Source: Syntrophaceae bacterium (lineage in GTDB: Bacteria > Desulfobacterota > Syntrophia > Syntrophales > UBA2185). From it: a stretch of DNA of 64,000 bases. How positions within the stretch are numbered: the stretch's first letter is position 1; the number at the start of each line of letters is the position of its first letter. The position numbers and the translations under genes were made by a program. The stretch is taken from NCBI GenBank assembly GCA_003153775.1, contig PMBI01000050.1, positions 127,325-191,324 on the forward strand, given 5' to 3'. The notes under the pieces are model-generated. The model had not been told where the DNA came from. It did not search any database and was given only the letters and a program-made list of their open reading frames with translations. Of this stretch, positions 47,058 to 57,962 are shown in pieces.

Positions 47058-48605
47058 TTAGGGGAGCAGAAGTTGATTATCTCGGGATCTCGATTCCCCG
47101 ACGCTGGTGACATAGATGGCCGGCTGTCCGAGAACGGGGCACTTTGCCTCGCAGAGTCCGCAGCCGATGCAAAGCTCCAGGTCGACCTTGGGCAGCTTTA
47201 ATCTCCGTTCTTTTCCCTCTCTGTTTTTGACCCCTACCTGTTCAAACCAGATGGCCTTCTTCGGGGTAGGACAGACCTCCTCACAGACGATACACGGTGT
47301 GGCATGGGCATGGGGCAGGCATCTCCCCTTATCGATCATGGCGAGTCCTATCTTTACCTTGTTTTTCTCAGGAAGCTCCAATTTCTTAATCGCGCCTGTA
47401 GGACAGACCTGTCCGCAGAGGGTGCACCGGTATTCACAATAGCCGATGCGAGGGACAAGGACGGGTGACCATATTCCCTCAATCCCCGCTTCAAAGAGCG
47501 TCGGCTGGAGACCGTTTGTAATACAGACCTTCATGCACTCACCGCATTTTACGCATTTCCTGAGAAATTCCTTTTCCTCGAGGGAGCCAGGCGGCCTGAT
47601 CAATCTGGGATCTGCGACCCCTGCCTTGGCAATGGGTGTGATTCTCAGGAGCGGTACGGCGATAAGACCCGTCAGGATTGAACCGACGACCCGCCTCTTG
47701 CCAAGGTCCATACCGGCAACAGGCTGCTTTTCCCGGAAACCGAAATGGACGGCATTCCGAGGACAGAGATCATCGCAGTCCATGCAACAGAGACACTCCG
47801 TGTTTTTCCACTTTTCGTTCCCGTCGGGGGCCGCTCCCCCCTGACATGCCTGTGCACAAGCCCCGCAGTCATTGCAGTCTTCGCTGACAGATCTTTTAAG
47901 GAAGGCATATCTCGAAAGGATGCCGAGGAGCCCGCCTAAGGGGCAGAGATACTTGCACCAGAAACGTCTCTCCACAAGGTTCATTCCAAGGATGAGCAGA
48001 AACAGGAACCCTACAAAAGCGCTCTGCAGGTAAAATGGCTGCTGGAACGGGAGAAAAATCTTTTTCAGGGTGGAGTAGATAAATTCGGAGATATTGACCA
48101 GAAATGGTATATGTGCATTATAGAAGGCGTCAAAAGTGGCGCTCGTGGCATAGCTCACCAATGGATAAACGGCCAACGAAAACGACCTGATCAAGAGCGA
48201 AATGGGGTCGGCTATTCCTACGAGCTGAAGAGAGAAAAGAGATGATACCAGGAGAAAGATCAGTATATAGTACTTGAACCGATACCAATCTACTGTCGCT
48301 TTTTGGGGACGCCCCTTCTTTATGGAACCCACCATGTTATTCAAGGTTCCGAGCGGGCACACCCAGCCGCAGAACACTCTCCCCAGAAATACCGTGGCAA
48401 CGATAACAATAATGGCGAGGTAAAATGTTTGATACCACTCGCGGCTGGACAGCATCGTCGTGATGAAGATCAGCGGGTCCGCATCGAGGAATATCTTCAC
48501 GGGGTAGCCAAGGTCATTGGCCCCTTTCGATTCGGTCTGCAGAAAGAGCCACAGAAACAGCAGTAAAAAAAGCCCCTGCGTTGCTATACGGATTTTTTTT
48601 GTCAT
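47058..48605 (-). CDS. Membrane-bound polyferredoxin (NapH/MauN-like N-terminal domain plus multiple 4Fe-4S motifs)
   Basis: TM-rich N-terminal half with CGWVCPLG and CKYLCPLG. Then CNDCGACAQAC, CLCCMDCDDLCP, CVKCGECMKVC, CTLCGQVCP, CIVCEEVCP and CIGCGLCEAKCP. Confidence 0.75.
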   Translation of the reverse strand: MTKKIRIATQGLFLLLFLWLFLQTESKGANDLGYPVKIFLDADPLIFITTMLSSREWYQTFYLAIIVIVATVFLGRVFCGWVCPLGTLNNMVGSIKKGRPQKATVDWYRFKYYILIFLLVSSLFSLQLVGIADPISLLIRSFSLAVYPLVSYATSATFDAFYNAHIPFLVNISEFIYSTLKKIFLPFQQPFYLQSAFVGFLFLLILGMNLVERRFWCKYLCPLGGLLGILSRYAFLKRSVSEDCNDCGACAQACQGGAAPDGNEKWKNTECLCCMDCDDLCPRNAVHFGFREKQPVAGMDLGKRRVVGSILTGLIAVPLLRITPIAKAGVADPRLIRPPGSLEEKEFLRKCVKCGECMKVCITNGLQPTLFEAGIEGIWSPVLVPRIGYCEYRCTLCGQVCPTGAIKKLELPEKNKVKIGLAMIDKGRCLPHAHATPCIVCEEVCPTPKKAIWFEQVGVKNREGKERRLKLPKVDLELCIGCGLCEAKCPVLGQPAIYVTSVGESRSRDNQLLLP

Positions 48606-49513
48606 TAAATATTGACTCTCTTGATTTTCACCTTCGCGAGGTCCATCGTACCGAGTCCTGCCTTGTGCCCTGCCACAACGTAGCCGAGATCTGCTCCTTT
48701 CAGGCCGAAAAGTGTGGCTCCATAGGCATCAACGGCCACCTGATCCGTTCCCGCGATAACGGTGTTGAGCTGCTTCACATCTGAAAGGCTTCCTCCCTGC
48801 GGTCCATTGGCGGTCAATATCCGTACCGCATCGAGGATGACGAGGGAGGGCTTCATGAACATGGCAACATCGACAAGGCTTCGTTCCATCTTCTGGTGAA
48901 TCCTGCCTCGCGATCCACCCATGATGCCCATCCAATTCTTCATGCCGAGGGTGAGGGTGGAAAGCCCGTGCGTCTTTGCGATAGGGAGATTGATGACCTT
49001 ATCCGCCTCCATGGCCTCCGCATATAAGGGCCATGATTTCAGCGCCGCTCCTGGAAGTTTTACCTCTCTGAATTTCCTGTCATCCACAAAGCTCACGACG
49101 CCGCCCACGGCGGAGGCTGCGTCGCTGATGCCGCTCTGCTTATAACACCGCCTCGGGTCTACGACGCTGCGGTCAAAGACCTTTACCTGTTTTGCACCCG
49201 CCTCATAGCACAGCCTGATAACTGTCGAGACGACCTCAGGATTGGTAGTGGCCGCATATTCGGGCATTCTATCCCATCCGATGTTCGGCTTAACAACCAC
49301 AACATCTCCCCTTGATATGAATCTTTTTATCCCCCCCAAAGCATCAATGGCCGCTTTCGTTATCCCTGCGGGTGAAACGCCGTGGGAAACGGCAAGGTCC
49401 ACCTTCTCGGCGGCTTCCAGAGGACTGAGGATTATGCCCGTATTGCCCGGGAAGGTTATGGTCACGCCTGCCGCGATAGCAGCTTTGATAAAATCCCTTC
49501 TCTTCATCGGCAC
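48605..49513 (-). CDS. Tat-signal DUF362-domain protein
   Basis: MKRRDFIKAAIAAGVTITFPG, VVVKPNIGW, NLPIAKTHG. Its stop overlaps the start of the polyferredoxin gene. Confidence 0.75.
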   Translation of the reverse strand: MPMKRRDFIKAAIAAGVTITFPGNTGIILSPLEAAEKVDLAVSHGVSPAGITKAAIDALGGIKRFISRGDVVVVKPNIGWDRMPEYAATTNPEVVSTVIRLCYEAGAKQVKVFDRSVVDPRRCYKQSGISDAASAVGGVVSFVDDRKFREVKLPGAALKSWPLYAEAMEADKVINLPIAKTHGLSTLTLGMKNWMGIMGGSRGRIHQKMERSLVDVAMFMKPSLVILDAVRILTANGPQGGSLSDVKQLNTVIAGTDQVAVDAYGATLFGLKGADLGYVVAGHKAGLGTMDLAKVKIKRVNI

Positions 49514-49707
49514 TCCTTTTTATATATATAGACTGTTCCGGAATCGAGGACAACTTTGAATTAAAAATAATATATACACTAATTATCTATTGTACACATT
49601 TTTACGAAATACTGCAATATTCCGCCATCATGAATCCAAGTGATGTTTATCTTTAGCACTGCGGAAGTTACGCGTCAAGCATCCCCGGTTTCGCTTTCTC
49701 ATCATTG

Positions 49708-49755
49708 AAGCTCTCCGCAGCAAGCTACGGGGAATGCGCTCGCTACCGAATTCAA
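49708..49755 (-). repeat. Intergenic repeat element, copy B (inverted, with an internal deletion relative to copy A)
   Basis: The reverse complement reads ttgaattcggtagc...gcttgctgcggagagctt: 14/14 and 17/18 matches to copy A. Confidence 0.5.
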
Positions 49756-49891
49756 CAGTTGCGGAACAAAAAAGTGTGGTAAAAACGCGCTTTCATATTT
49801 ATACTTATAACAGAATCCTTAATTCTTAGGTGTCTGTTAATAATGAAGTGTGCAAGAGACGTTACAGCAATATGTCCTATGGGAGAAAAGC

Positions 49892-51694
49892 ATGGAAAAA
49901 CGTCATAGATTTTCTATCTGGTACGTCCTCTTGGGCGTATGGGCAGTCCTGATTATCCAGGGTTATATCGCATCCATGTTTGCCGCTAAGATGATACCGT
50001 ACAGCCAGTTCCTCAACCTCCTCAAAGCGGGAAAGATCGTTGAGGTAGCGGTAACGGCCAATCAGATTCAGGGTAAAATGACGGTGGATGGGGGCGCTCC
50101 CGGCGAGACGAAGGTTTTCAAGACAATCCGGGTTGACCCCGAATTGTCCACCTTGCTTGAACAGTACAAAGTCGTTTTCAAAGGGGAAATCGAATCGACT
50201 TTTCTGCGTGACATCCTTTCATGGATTTTTCCCATAATACTCTTTGTAGGCATCTGGTACTTCTTCATGAAGAAGATGGGCTCCCAGCAAGCCGGGTTCA
50301 TGACTATCGGCAAGAACAAGGCAAAGATATATGTGGAAAATGAATTGAACGTTACCTTCAAAGACGTTGCCGGCGTTGACGAAGCCAAGCAGGAGCTCAT
50401 CGAAGTTGTCGAATTTTTGAAAAACCCCGGGAAATTTACCCAACTCGGAGGCAGGATACCCAAGGGCATCCTCTTGGTGGGACCGCCGGGGACAGGAAAA
50501 ACGCTTCTGGCCAAGGCTGTCGCCGGTGAAAGCGGCGTGCCTTTCTTCAGTCTCTCCGGATCAGAATTTGTGGAGATGTTCGTGGGACTGGGAGCGGCAC
50601 GGGTGCGTGACCTTTTTGTTCAGGCCAAGGAGAAGGCTCCCTGTATCATCTTCATCGATGAACTCGACGCCTTGGGAAAGGCCCGCGGCGTCGGGAACTT
50701 TGGGGGACACGATGAGCGGGAACAAACTCTAAATCAGCTTCTCGCGGAAATGGACGGTTTCGATCCGACGGTCGGGGTTATTCTTATGGCCGCAACGAAC
50801 AGGCCGGAGATTCTTGACCCCGCACTCCTAAGGCCTGGTAGGTTCGATCGTCACATCCTTGTGGACCGCCCCGATAAGACGGGACGGATGGAGATACTGA
50901 AGGTCCACCTGAAAAATATAAAGGCAGCGGCAGACCTTGACTTGGAGAAGCTGGCGAACATGACCCCTGGCATGGCAGGTGCGGACCTCGCCAACCTAAT
51001 CAATGAAGCGGCGCTCCTCGCCGTCAGGAGAGATAAGAAAGAGGTGGGAATGCCCGAATTCGAGGAGGCAATCGAAAGGGTCGTGGCGGGACTCGAAAAA
51101 AAGAACCGGCTGATAAACCCCGATGAGAGGAAAACGGTGGCCTATCACGAGATGGGTCATGCCATTGTGGCCTTGTCTCTTCCCGGCACCGATCCGGTCC
51201 AAAAGATCTCCATAATACCACGCGGCATTGCCGCTTTGGGTTACACCATGCAGGTTCCTACAGGGGATCGTTTCCTCATGAGGAAGACCGAGCTCCTCAA
51301 CAAGGTCGCCTCCCTTCTGGGCGGCAGGGCGGCAGAAGAGATCATCTTCGGGGATATATCCACGGGCGCCCACAACGATCTCGCAAGGGCTACGGATATC
51401 ACGAAGAGCATGATCAAGGAATACGGCATGAGCGACAGATTGGGTCAAGTGTACTTCGCCCGCGAGAAGCGACAGCAGTTCCTAGATATCGGCCTGCAGG
51501 AGACGGGCGATTACAGCAACGCCACGGCCGAAACCATCGATGAAGAGATAAAGACGATTATCAGCATGGAATATGCCAAAGCGCTCGAGATTCTCAAGAC
51601 CAAGAAAGACATCCTGCAAATAGGCGCTGAACTGCTGCTTGAAAAGGAAAAAATTGAAGGAACGGAGCTGAAGGCGCTGATGGAGGGCCAATAA
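49892..51694 (+). CDS. ftsH: ATP-dependent zinc metalloprotease FtsH
   Basis: Two N-terminal TM segments, [16 protein letters not shown] region and HEMGHA. The start is at the ATG after GGGAG. Confidence 0.92.
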   Translation: MEKRHRFSIWYVLLGVWAVLIIQGYIASMFAAKMIPYSQFLNLLKAGKIVEVAVTANQIQGKMTVDGGAPGETKVFKTIRVDPELSTLLEQYKVVFKGEIESTFLRDILSWIFPIILFVGIWYFFMKKMGSQQAGFMTIGKNKAKIYVENELNVTFKDVAGVDEAKQELIEVVEFLKNPGKFTQLGGRIPKGILLVGPPGTGKTLLAKAVAGESGVPFFSLSGSEFVEMFVGLGAARVRDLFVQAKEKAPCIIFIDELDALGKARGVGNFGGHDEREQTLNQLLAEMDGFDPTVGVILMAATNRPEILDPALLRPGRFDRHILVDRPDKTGRMEILKVHLKNIKAAADLDLEKLANMTPGMAGADLANLINEAALLAVRRDKKEVGMPEFEEAIERVVAGLEKKNRLINPDERKTVAYHEMGHAIVALSLPGTDPVQKISIIPRGIAALGYTMQVPTGDRFLMRKTELLNKVASLLGGRAAEEIIFGDISTGAHNDLARATDITKSMIKEYGMSDRLGQVYFAREKRQQFLDIGLQETGDYSNATAETIDEEIKTIISMEYAKALEILKTKKDILQIGAELLLEKEKIEGTELKALMEGQ

Positions 51695-51717
51695 GCTCAA
51701 TATGAAAGGATCTTAAA

Positions 51718-52053
51718 GTGACCAAGAAGAAAGCAAAAGATACGGTTCTTACCGGTAGCGGAATCAAGACCTCGGCAGGCCCCGTTCTCCTCTCCTGCAC
51801 CTTGCACTGCCGCGTATGCGGAAGTTCCGAGCTATTCGAATGGCATGACAAAGAGATATGCCCGGAGGACGTAGCGGGTATCGACACACTGGGCCTCATA
51901 ATGGCAGTTGCGCATAGCCAGAACTGGATTGCCCAGCGCGTTCACAATATAAATGAAGGGGAAAATTGCCTTTTTGTGCTCTGCCCCACCTGCCTGGCCC
52001 TCTTCTTCTCCGCTACGACAGAACCTATCGCAAGCGGTGAAGGAAATTCTTGA
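51718..52053 (+). CDS. Hypothetical Cys-rich protein
   Basis: 111-aa ORF 24 nt after ftsH, with CTLHCRVCG and LCPTC. GTG start. No family recognised. Confidence 0.35.
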   Translation: MTKKKAKDTVLTGSGIKTSAGPVLLSCTLHCRVCGSSELFEWHDKEICPEDVAGIDTLGLIMAVAHSQNWIAQRVHNINEGENCLFVLCPTCLALFFSATTEPIASGEGNS

Positions 52054-52259
52054 CATCCATGTCATGGACATTCTTTCAATATACTCTTCACACAGGGACG
52101 GCGTCAAATCCTTAGCCCGATAGCAGTTGCCATCCGCTCCATCGCGGCCGATCACCCCTGCTGTAGAACACCCCACATTGCCCCTACGCAAAGATGACTG
52201 ACCGAGGCTGGTATTGACTTTTTAAACGCAAATGATGATAATATTGAAAAGGATTGAGG

Positions 52260-52826
52260 ATGAAAATGGCACATGAGCAAATGATAATTAGGTGCCTCAA
52301 CTGTGGAACGAGGAATCGCATAAAGAGGGAGCGGATTCACAACCGGCCCACGTGCGGTAGGTGCCATGCCTATCTCGACGATATGATTATCAGATGTCTC
52401 AGTTGCGGAACGAAAAATCGTATGCCTGAGAATCGCCTGAACGAGCGCCCCCTGTGCGGGAAGTGCGGCGTGCCTCTCGTCATAAGAAGCGGCGAAGGCT
52501 ATCCTATAGATGTAACTGATGAAACTTTCTCAAGAGAAGTCCTTTCCCACGCCGGTTCCGTCCTCATGGATCTCTGGGCGCCATGGTGCGCCCCCTGCCG
52601 TACGATAGGTCCTATCCTGGAGGAACTTGCAGCTAAGTATGCCGGCGGCGTCAAAGTCGTCAAACTGAATGTGGATGAAAATCCCCTTACTGCGTCAAAA
52701 TATGACGTTCGCAATATTCCGACGATGCTGCTGTTTAAAGATGGAGAACTTGCAAACAGATTAGTCGGCGCCCTGCCCAAAGAAGAAATCGAACGACATC
52801 TCCTTGCCATAATGAAGACAAACTGA
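52260..52826 (+). CDS. Thioredoxin with two tandem N-terminal zinc-ribbon modules
   Basis: IIRCLNCGTRNRI..RPTCGRCHAYL and IIRCLSCGTKNRM..RPLCGKCGVPL, followed by the Trx fold with WAPWCAPCR. Confidence 0.8.
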   Translation: MKMAHEQMIIRCLNCGTRNRIKRERIHNRPTCGRCHAYLDDMIIRCLSCGTKNRMPENRLNERPLCGKCGVPLVIRSGEGYPIDVTDETFSREVLSHAGSVLMDLWAPWCAPCRTIGPILEELAAKYAGGVKVVKLNVDENPLTASKYDVRNIPTMLLFKDGELANRLVGALPKEEIERHLLAIMKTN

Positions 52827-52860
52827 GTTCATCCAGGAATTCTATCTGGGATTTCCGGCG

Positions 52861-53865
52861 CTATGGCTTGCCGTCATGGTGTTGTTTGAAAAGCAGGACG
52901 AACTGCTCGAAGAGGTCTCTGTGGAAGTGATGGATCATCTCTTCTTTCATCAATTTAAGGGCGGCAAAAGGGTCGAGTTTCTGTCTGTAGGAACGCTCTG
53001 ATGTCAGTGCATCAAACACATCGGCGATTGAACATATCCTCCCATAGAGATGGATGTCGTCTCTTTCAAGTCCGTCCGGATATCCCTTGCCGTCGTACCT
53101 CTCGTGGTGCTGCAGGACGATCTTCTTGCATTCATGGGTCAATTGATTAGTCTCATAGAGAAGCTTGTATCCCATGTGGGGATGCTGCCTCATCTGGGCC
53201 ATCTCCTCCTCCGTCAACTTGCCGGGTTTGTTAATGATAGACGCGTCTACCTCCACCTTGCCCAGGTCATGAAGAAAAAAACCGGCTCCCAGTTCATGCA
53301 TGTTATGAGCCTCTGATTTCTTGAAGAGGGCCTTGGAGAGGGAAACTGCCAGAAAGCCAACGTTTACGGAATGCGTATAAGTGTAGAAATCATGGGATGT
53401 AATGTCAAGCAGGTACAGGGATGTATCATCATCAGTAAGAATCAGATCGACCACTTCAGCAATGCCTTTTTTAACATCCTGAATATTTTCGGCGGTCGGG
53501 TTTTCAAGCAGATTGCTTATCATCGTGATGGAATGGGCTCTGACTGCTTTTGCCTTTTCCTGAGGAGCTAAGTTTACATCATGGATTGCTTCAAGGAGTC
53601 CGTCGGGTACGACGGTTCTGGATGCGGATGGCCTTGCGGTTTTTTCAGGTTCGGTTTGAGGTGCGCGGTTCTTTTGCTCTCCGTTAAAATTGCTTTTCTT
53701 GGTGTCAAGGATAACTTCTGCTATCCCACTCTCAGAAATTTTTTGGATCTGTTCTTTTGATCTAATGAGAAATTCGTTCTTCACAAAAGGGTGCTGATAC
53801 CACGATAGCGGCAAAATAACATACATGCCGATTTTCAGGTTGTCCGTGTTGATAGTCTTCTGCAT
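52861..53865 (-). CDS. HD-GYP domain phosphodiesterase (DUF3391-like N-terminus)
   Basis: NLKIGMYVILPLSW, HDLGK, HHERYDGKGYPDGL. The start could alternatively be at 53916. Confidence 0.8.
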   Translation of the reverse strand: MQKTINTDNLKIGMYVILPLSWYQHPFVKNEFLIRSKEQIQKISESGIAEVILDTKKSNFNGEQKNRAPQTEPEKTARPSASRTVVPDGLLEAIHDVNLAPQEKAKAVRAHSITMISNLLENPTAENIQDVKKGIAEVVDLILTDDDTSLYLLDITSHDFYTYTHSVNVGFLAVSLSKALFKKSEAHNMHELGAGFFLHDLGKVEVDASIINKPGKLTEEEMAQMRQHPHMGYKLLYETNQLTHECKKIVLQHHERYDGKGYPDGLERDDIHLYGRICSIADVFDALTSERSYRQKLDPFAALKLMKEEMIHHFHRDLFEQFVLLFKQHHDGKP

Positions 53866-53942
53866 ACCTTGGCCAAATATGGTGATCTCGAAATTGTGTG
53901 AAACCTGTTCTCTCACATTCTAATATCGGCAGGTCTGCGGAT

Positions 53943-54476
53943 TTACCTGAGCATCTTTTCCCTTTTTTCCAGTTGCACCTCCAGGCTTTTCAGGAGCTGA
54001 ATATCTTTCTTGAGCTGCTCATTTTCCTGAATCAGTTTTGCTGTTTCCTCAAGCAGACGACGGTTGTCCTTCTTCATTTGTTCGCTCTCTTTAAGGAGTC
54101 TCGCGTTATCTTCTTTGGCCTTCTCGATCAATTGCACATCCGTGCGGGATGTTTCCTCATATAATTGCTCCATATCAATCAGGCGAATGAATGTCTCTGA
54201 GAGTCCCCGCCATTTGCTCTTGGGGTATGTCTTCAGCACTTCTGCGAACGCCGCTTTTGCTTTAATATAATCCGCCGACTTCTCCTTGTCTCCGAGATCT
54301 GATATTCCCTGATAAAAGATATCAACGTCCGCAGGCGATCTCTTAAACCAGCTCCTGTCATTCGCCCGCGGGGGAGTCCCGGGGGGTGAGGGCAGAGAAG
54401 AGCAGGCCACGAGCAGCATAACGAAAAGAATAACCAAATATTTAAGATAATTTTTCAAAATATTCCTGCTTAACAT
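53943..54476 (-). CDS. Lipoprotein with a C-terminal coiled coil
   Basis: Signal MLSRNILKNYLKYLVILFVMLLVAC (lipobox LVAC). Heptad-rich tail EQLKKDIQLLKSLEVQLEKRE. It overlaps the upstream gene by 35 nt. Confidence 0.55.
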   Translation of the reverse strand: MLSRNILKNYLKYLVILFVMLLVACSSLPSPPGTPPRANDRSWFKRSPADVDIFYQGISDLGDKEKSADYIKAKAAFAEVLKTYPKSKWRGLSETFIRLIDMEQLYEETSRTDVQLIEKAKEDNARLLKESEQMKKDNRRLLEETAKLIQENEQLKKDIQLLKSLEVQLEKREKMLR

Positions 54477-55776
54477 AGTTGCTTCCCGGCAATGTCTTTG
54501 CATATTCCTTCAATTCCGCGGCCTTCTTCGCCATATCCAGAGGTCCCTGAAACTTGGACCCATCATCCGTTACTACAGCAATAGTCATGGTTACGAGAGG
54601 AAAGTCTTGCTGTTTACCCTGCCTGTCTTTCCCTGTGACAAATCCTTTCTGCCTGTCTTTCTCGCTGTAAAACTTCATGCTGCGGCGATCAAACTCCTCA
54701 ACGATTTTTTTGCATATTTGTTCCGCACGCTCGGAGCCGGTAATGACAATGAAATCATCACCGCCCACATGGCCCACAAAGTCGCCGTCAAGATCGGCGG
54801 TATGCACATTTTCAGTCAGGATTTGGGCCACTTCTTTGATGACCTCACTACCCCATGCATAGCCATACTTATCGGCGAAGGGCTTGAAATTATCAAGATC
54901 GATGTGGCAGAGGGAAAATAGTTTTTTTTCTGAAAGCCGCTTTTGAATCTCCATCTCAATCGCCATATTGCCGGGCAGACCCGTCAACGGACTCGCATCA
55001 AGGAGGAGACTTTCCAAGGCCTTGAGGCGCTCCATCATGAAGCTGAAGGCATCCGCGAGGCTGCCTATCTCATCAGGGCGGTTGATGTTCAGATTATATT
55101 CGAACTTCCCCTCGGCGATATGTTCTGTGGCCTTTTTCAGTTCCTTAAGAGGTCTGGAGATATTATAAGTGATTAAGAGAGCCAGGGCCAATCCCACAAT
55201 CAATCCTATGGCGCTCAAGGTTATCGTCATTCTCGAAGCCTGTACACCCCGCGTCTTAATAAGGTTCATTCGTGTATCTATATTATTCTCGGCCCTCGTA
55301 CGGATGTCACGCAACGCCGTGGCCATGTCTTCTATGGTTCGTTGACTATCCGTTTCGGAGATCTTGGTTGCATCCTCCATCTGATTGCCGTTGACGAGTG
55401 TCACGGTCTGGTTAAAAAAGTCATCATACTGCTTATGCAGCGATGAAATTTGCGACAGCATCTTTGCCGTCGCGGGGATATTATTCTTCCTGAGATTCTC
55501 GAGGCTGTCCTTGAATTCCTGGCTGCGTGACCAGAACAGCTCTGCGATCGACGGGTCTTTAAGAATAAGATATCTCTTCTCTGCGCTTTCCTGGGCAAGG
55601 AGCGCATCCATCATTTTCTTGCCCGTATCGACAACAAAGAAATCCTCGTCGATTATCGCATATGCCAATTCGTTGAGATTATGAAGACTGAAAATCGCAT
55701 AGGCGCTTGCCGAGACGGCAAGCAGCGCCATGGCCAGGTAACTCGCGAGCAGTTTTCTGCTTATTGTCAATTTCAT
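54442..55776 (-). CDS. Membrane sensor with HAMP and a GGDEF-family domain carrying a GGDDF variant motif
   Basis: N-terminal TM, four-helix sensor-like region, second TM, HAMP (ISRPLKELKKATEHIAEGKF), then HIDLDNFKPFADKYGYAWGSEVI and HVGGDDFIVI. Confidence 0.7.
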   Translation of the reverse strand: MKLTISRKLLASYLAMALLAVSASAYAIFSLHNLNELAYAIIDEDFFVVDTGKKMMDALLAQESAEKRYLILKDPSIAELFWSRSQEFKDSLENLRKNNIPATAKMLSQISSLHKQYDDFFNQTVTLVNGNQMEDATKISETDSQRTIEDMATALRDIRTRAENNIDTRMNLIKTRGVQASRMTITLSAIGLIVGLALALLITYNISRPLKELKKATEHIAEGKFEYNLNINRPDEIGSLADAFSFMMERLKALESLLLDASPLTGLPGNMAIEMEIQKRLSEKKLFSLCHIDLDNFKPFADKYGYAWGSEVIKEVAQILTENVHTADLDGDFVGHVGGDDFIVITGSERAEQICKKIVEEFDRRSMKFYSEKDRQKGFVTGKDRQGKQQDFPLVTMTIAVVTDDGSKFQGPLDMAKKAAELKEYAKTLPGSNYVKQEYFEKLS

Positions 55777-55946
55777 TACCCTTACCGGTATCTTTTACTT
55801 CCCCTGTATACACCGCAGAACATCAAGTACCATATCCCGCCGATTTCCGCAAAGCGGAAAATCTCTTTCCGTGCCTAATGTTTGTTGCCCCCTGCATCAA
55901 GTTTTGGTATATTAAAAAAAATCTTGGCGGATAGTGGAGGCTAAAG

Positions 55947-57254
55947 ATGATATATAATGAAGATTTTGAAACGTTGCCCCGCGAGGTTTTAGAAACCCTG
56001 CAGTTGAAGAGGTTGCAGCAGGTAGCGCAGCGCGTCTATCATACGGTTGGCTTTTACAAAAAGGCATTCGATAAGGCCGGCGTACAGCCGGATGATATCA
56101 AGACACTGCCGGACATAAAGCGGCTTCCCTTCACGACGAAACAGGACCTGAGGGACAACTATCCTTTCGGACTCTTCGCGGCGCCGATGAGCAGTGTTGT
56201 CAGGCTTCATGCTTCTTCAGGCACAACCGGCAGGGCAATCGTCGTCGGATATACAAAAAGGGATGTCGATACATGGTCGGAGCTGATGGCCAGATGCTTT
56301 GTGGCCGCGGGCCTTACCAAAAATGACATTATCCATAACGCATACGGATACGGCCTCTTCACGGGCGGTCTCGGCGCCCATTACGGCGCTGAGAAACTTG
56401 GTGCCAGCGTAATACCCATGTCAGGCGGCAATACAAAGAGGCAGATCATGATCCTGCAGGACTTCGGTCCCACGGCAATCTGCTGCACGCCTTCCTACGC
56501 GCTGAACCTGGCAGAGCGCGGCTCAGCCATGGGTGTTGACATGCGGTCGCTGAAGCTCCGCGTCGGCATCTTCGGTGCGGAGCCATGGAGTGAAAAGATG
56601 AGGGACGAGATAGAAAATAAACTGAATCTATCCGCTCTGGATATCTACGGCCTTTCAGAAGTTATGGGTCCCGGGGTTTCCATGGAATGCATGGAGGGAC
56701 GCTCCGGCATGCATGTGTTTGAGGATCATTTCATTGTGGAGGTGATCAATCCGGAAACGGGCGAGGCGTTGCCATACGGCGAAGAAGGGGAACTGGTCTT
56801 CACTACCATCACGAAGGAAGCCTTCCCTCTCATCCGCTATCGAACGCGCGACATATCCCGCCTGATCGCCGAGCCTTGCCGCTGCGGCAGGAGCCACATC
56901 AGGATGGACCGGGTCACCGGCAGGAGTGACGACATGCTTATTATCAGAGGCGTAAATGTCTTCCCGTCTCAGATCGAGGCAGTTCTCATCGGCATCACAG
57001 GGCTCGAACCGCATTATCAGTTGATCGTGGACAGGGTCGGCGCCATGGATACGCTGGAGGTCCAGGTTGAAGTAAGCGAAAAGGCATTTGCAAACGCAGA
57101 CGAGGTCCGCTACCTGCAGAATTTGGAAAAAGGTCTCGCCAAAGATTTGAAGGACTATGTCGGCGTGACAGCCAAGATAAAGTTGGTAGAACCGAAATCC
57201 TTGCAGCGTTCTGAAGGTAAGGCCAGCCGGATAATTGATAAACGGAAGATGTAG
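55947..57254 (+). CDS. paaK: Phenylacetate--CoA ligase family adenylate-forming enzyme
   Basis: [35 protein letters not shown] and the C-terminal [13 protein letters not shown] pattern. Confidence 0.8.
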   Translation: MIYNEDFETLPREVLETLQLKRLQQVAQRVYHTVGFYKKAFDKAGVQPDDIKTLPDIKRLPFTTKQDLRDNYPFGLFAAPMSSVVRLHASSGTTGRAIVVGYTKRDVDTWSELMARCFVAAGLTKNDIIHNAYGYGLFTGGLGAHYGAEKLGASVIPMSGGNTKRQIMILQDFGPTAICCTPSYALNLAERGSAMGVDMRSLKLRVGIFGAEPWSEKMRDEIENKLNLSALDIYGLSEVMGPGVSMECMEGRSGMHVFEDHFIVEVINPETGEALPYGEEGELVFTTITKEAFPLIRYRTRDISRLIAEPCRCGRSHIRMDRVTGRSDDMLIIRGVNVFPSQIEAVLIGITGLEPHYQLIVDRVGAMDTLEVQVEVSEKAFANADEVRYLQNLEKGLAKDLKDYVGVTAKIKLVEPKSLQRSEGKASRIIDKRKM

Positions 57255-57303
57255 GGGAGGCTCTCACTTATTCTTTTTCCCTCGCAATCAATCAGGAGGA
57301 CTT

Positions 57304-57735
57304 ATGAAAGTAGAACAGATCTCCATATTCCTGGAGAATAAACCGGGTGCACTCGAAAGCGTCATGCGGCTGCTGAAAGATGCTGATATTAATATCAGGA
57401 GTCTGTCTCTTGCAGATACGTCCGATTTCGGAATTCTCCGGCTGATTGTTAACGATGCAAACAGGGCGCTCAAGGTGCTGAATGAAAATGGTTTGAGGGT
57501 CAGCCGGACAAGCGTGGTGGCAGTGGAAGTCCCTGACCGTCCGGGCGGCCTTCACAGTATCCTCGCAACGCTGGCGCAGCATGGAATCAACGTCGAATAT
57601 CTGTACGCATTTATCGAAAAAAGCGGCGAGAACGCCGTGATCATTTTCCGTTTCGATGCTCCGGATGCCGCCGTTGAAGTCCTTTCAAAAAATGGGTTTA
57701 CTGTCCTGCCCGGTGAGAGGCTGTATTCTTTTTAA
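57304..57735 (+). CDS. ACT-domain protein (two ACT repeats)
   Basis: [34 protein letters not shown] and [20 protein letters not shown]. Confidence 0.75.
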   Translation: MKVEQISIFLENKPGALESVMRLLKDADINIRSLSLADTSDFGILRLIVNDANRALKVLNENGLRVSRTSVVAVEVPDRPGGLHSILATLAQHGINVEYLYAFIEKSGENAVIIFRFDAPDAAVEVLSKNGFTVLPGERLYSF

Positions 57736-57962
57736 GTATGATAGTCCCGCAAGAAATGGTTATCAACACCAGGAAGATAGGCATAGGCGGCTCTGTCGAA
57801 GCGGTTGCTGTCACTTTCGCTTTGTGGAAACAGAAGCGCAACCTCAACCCGTGATGGTCACGACCTGCCGCCATAATTGTCATTCCCGCCCCGTACAATG
57901 ACATTCGGGGGCACGCTCCCACAGACACAGGTGAGGTCAGTCTTGATAAACTGTCAAAATAT

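Noticed and set aside
51718-52191. Possible UGA read-through at the end of the 111-aa ORF after ftsH (TGA at 52051, then about 48 open codons). The same idea was considered at the end of the 8223..8486 ORF.
   Set aside because: The downstream translations have no recognisable fold or Cys-homologue logic. The palindrome tccatg-t-catgga after the first TGA does not fit the SECIS geometry seen at the four supported sites.
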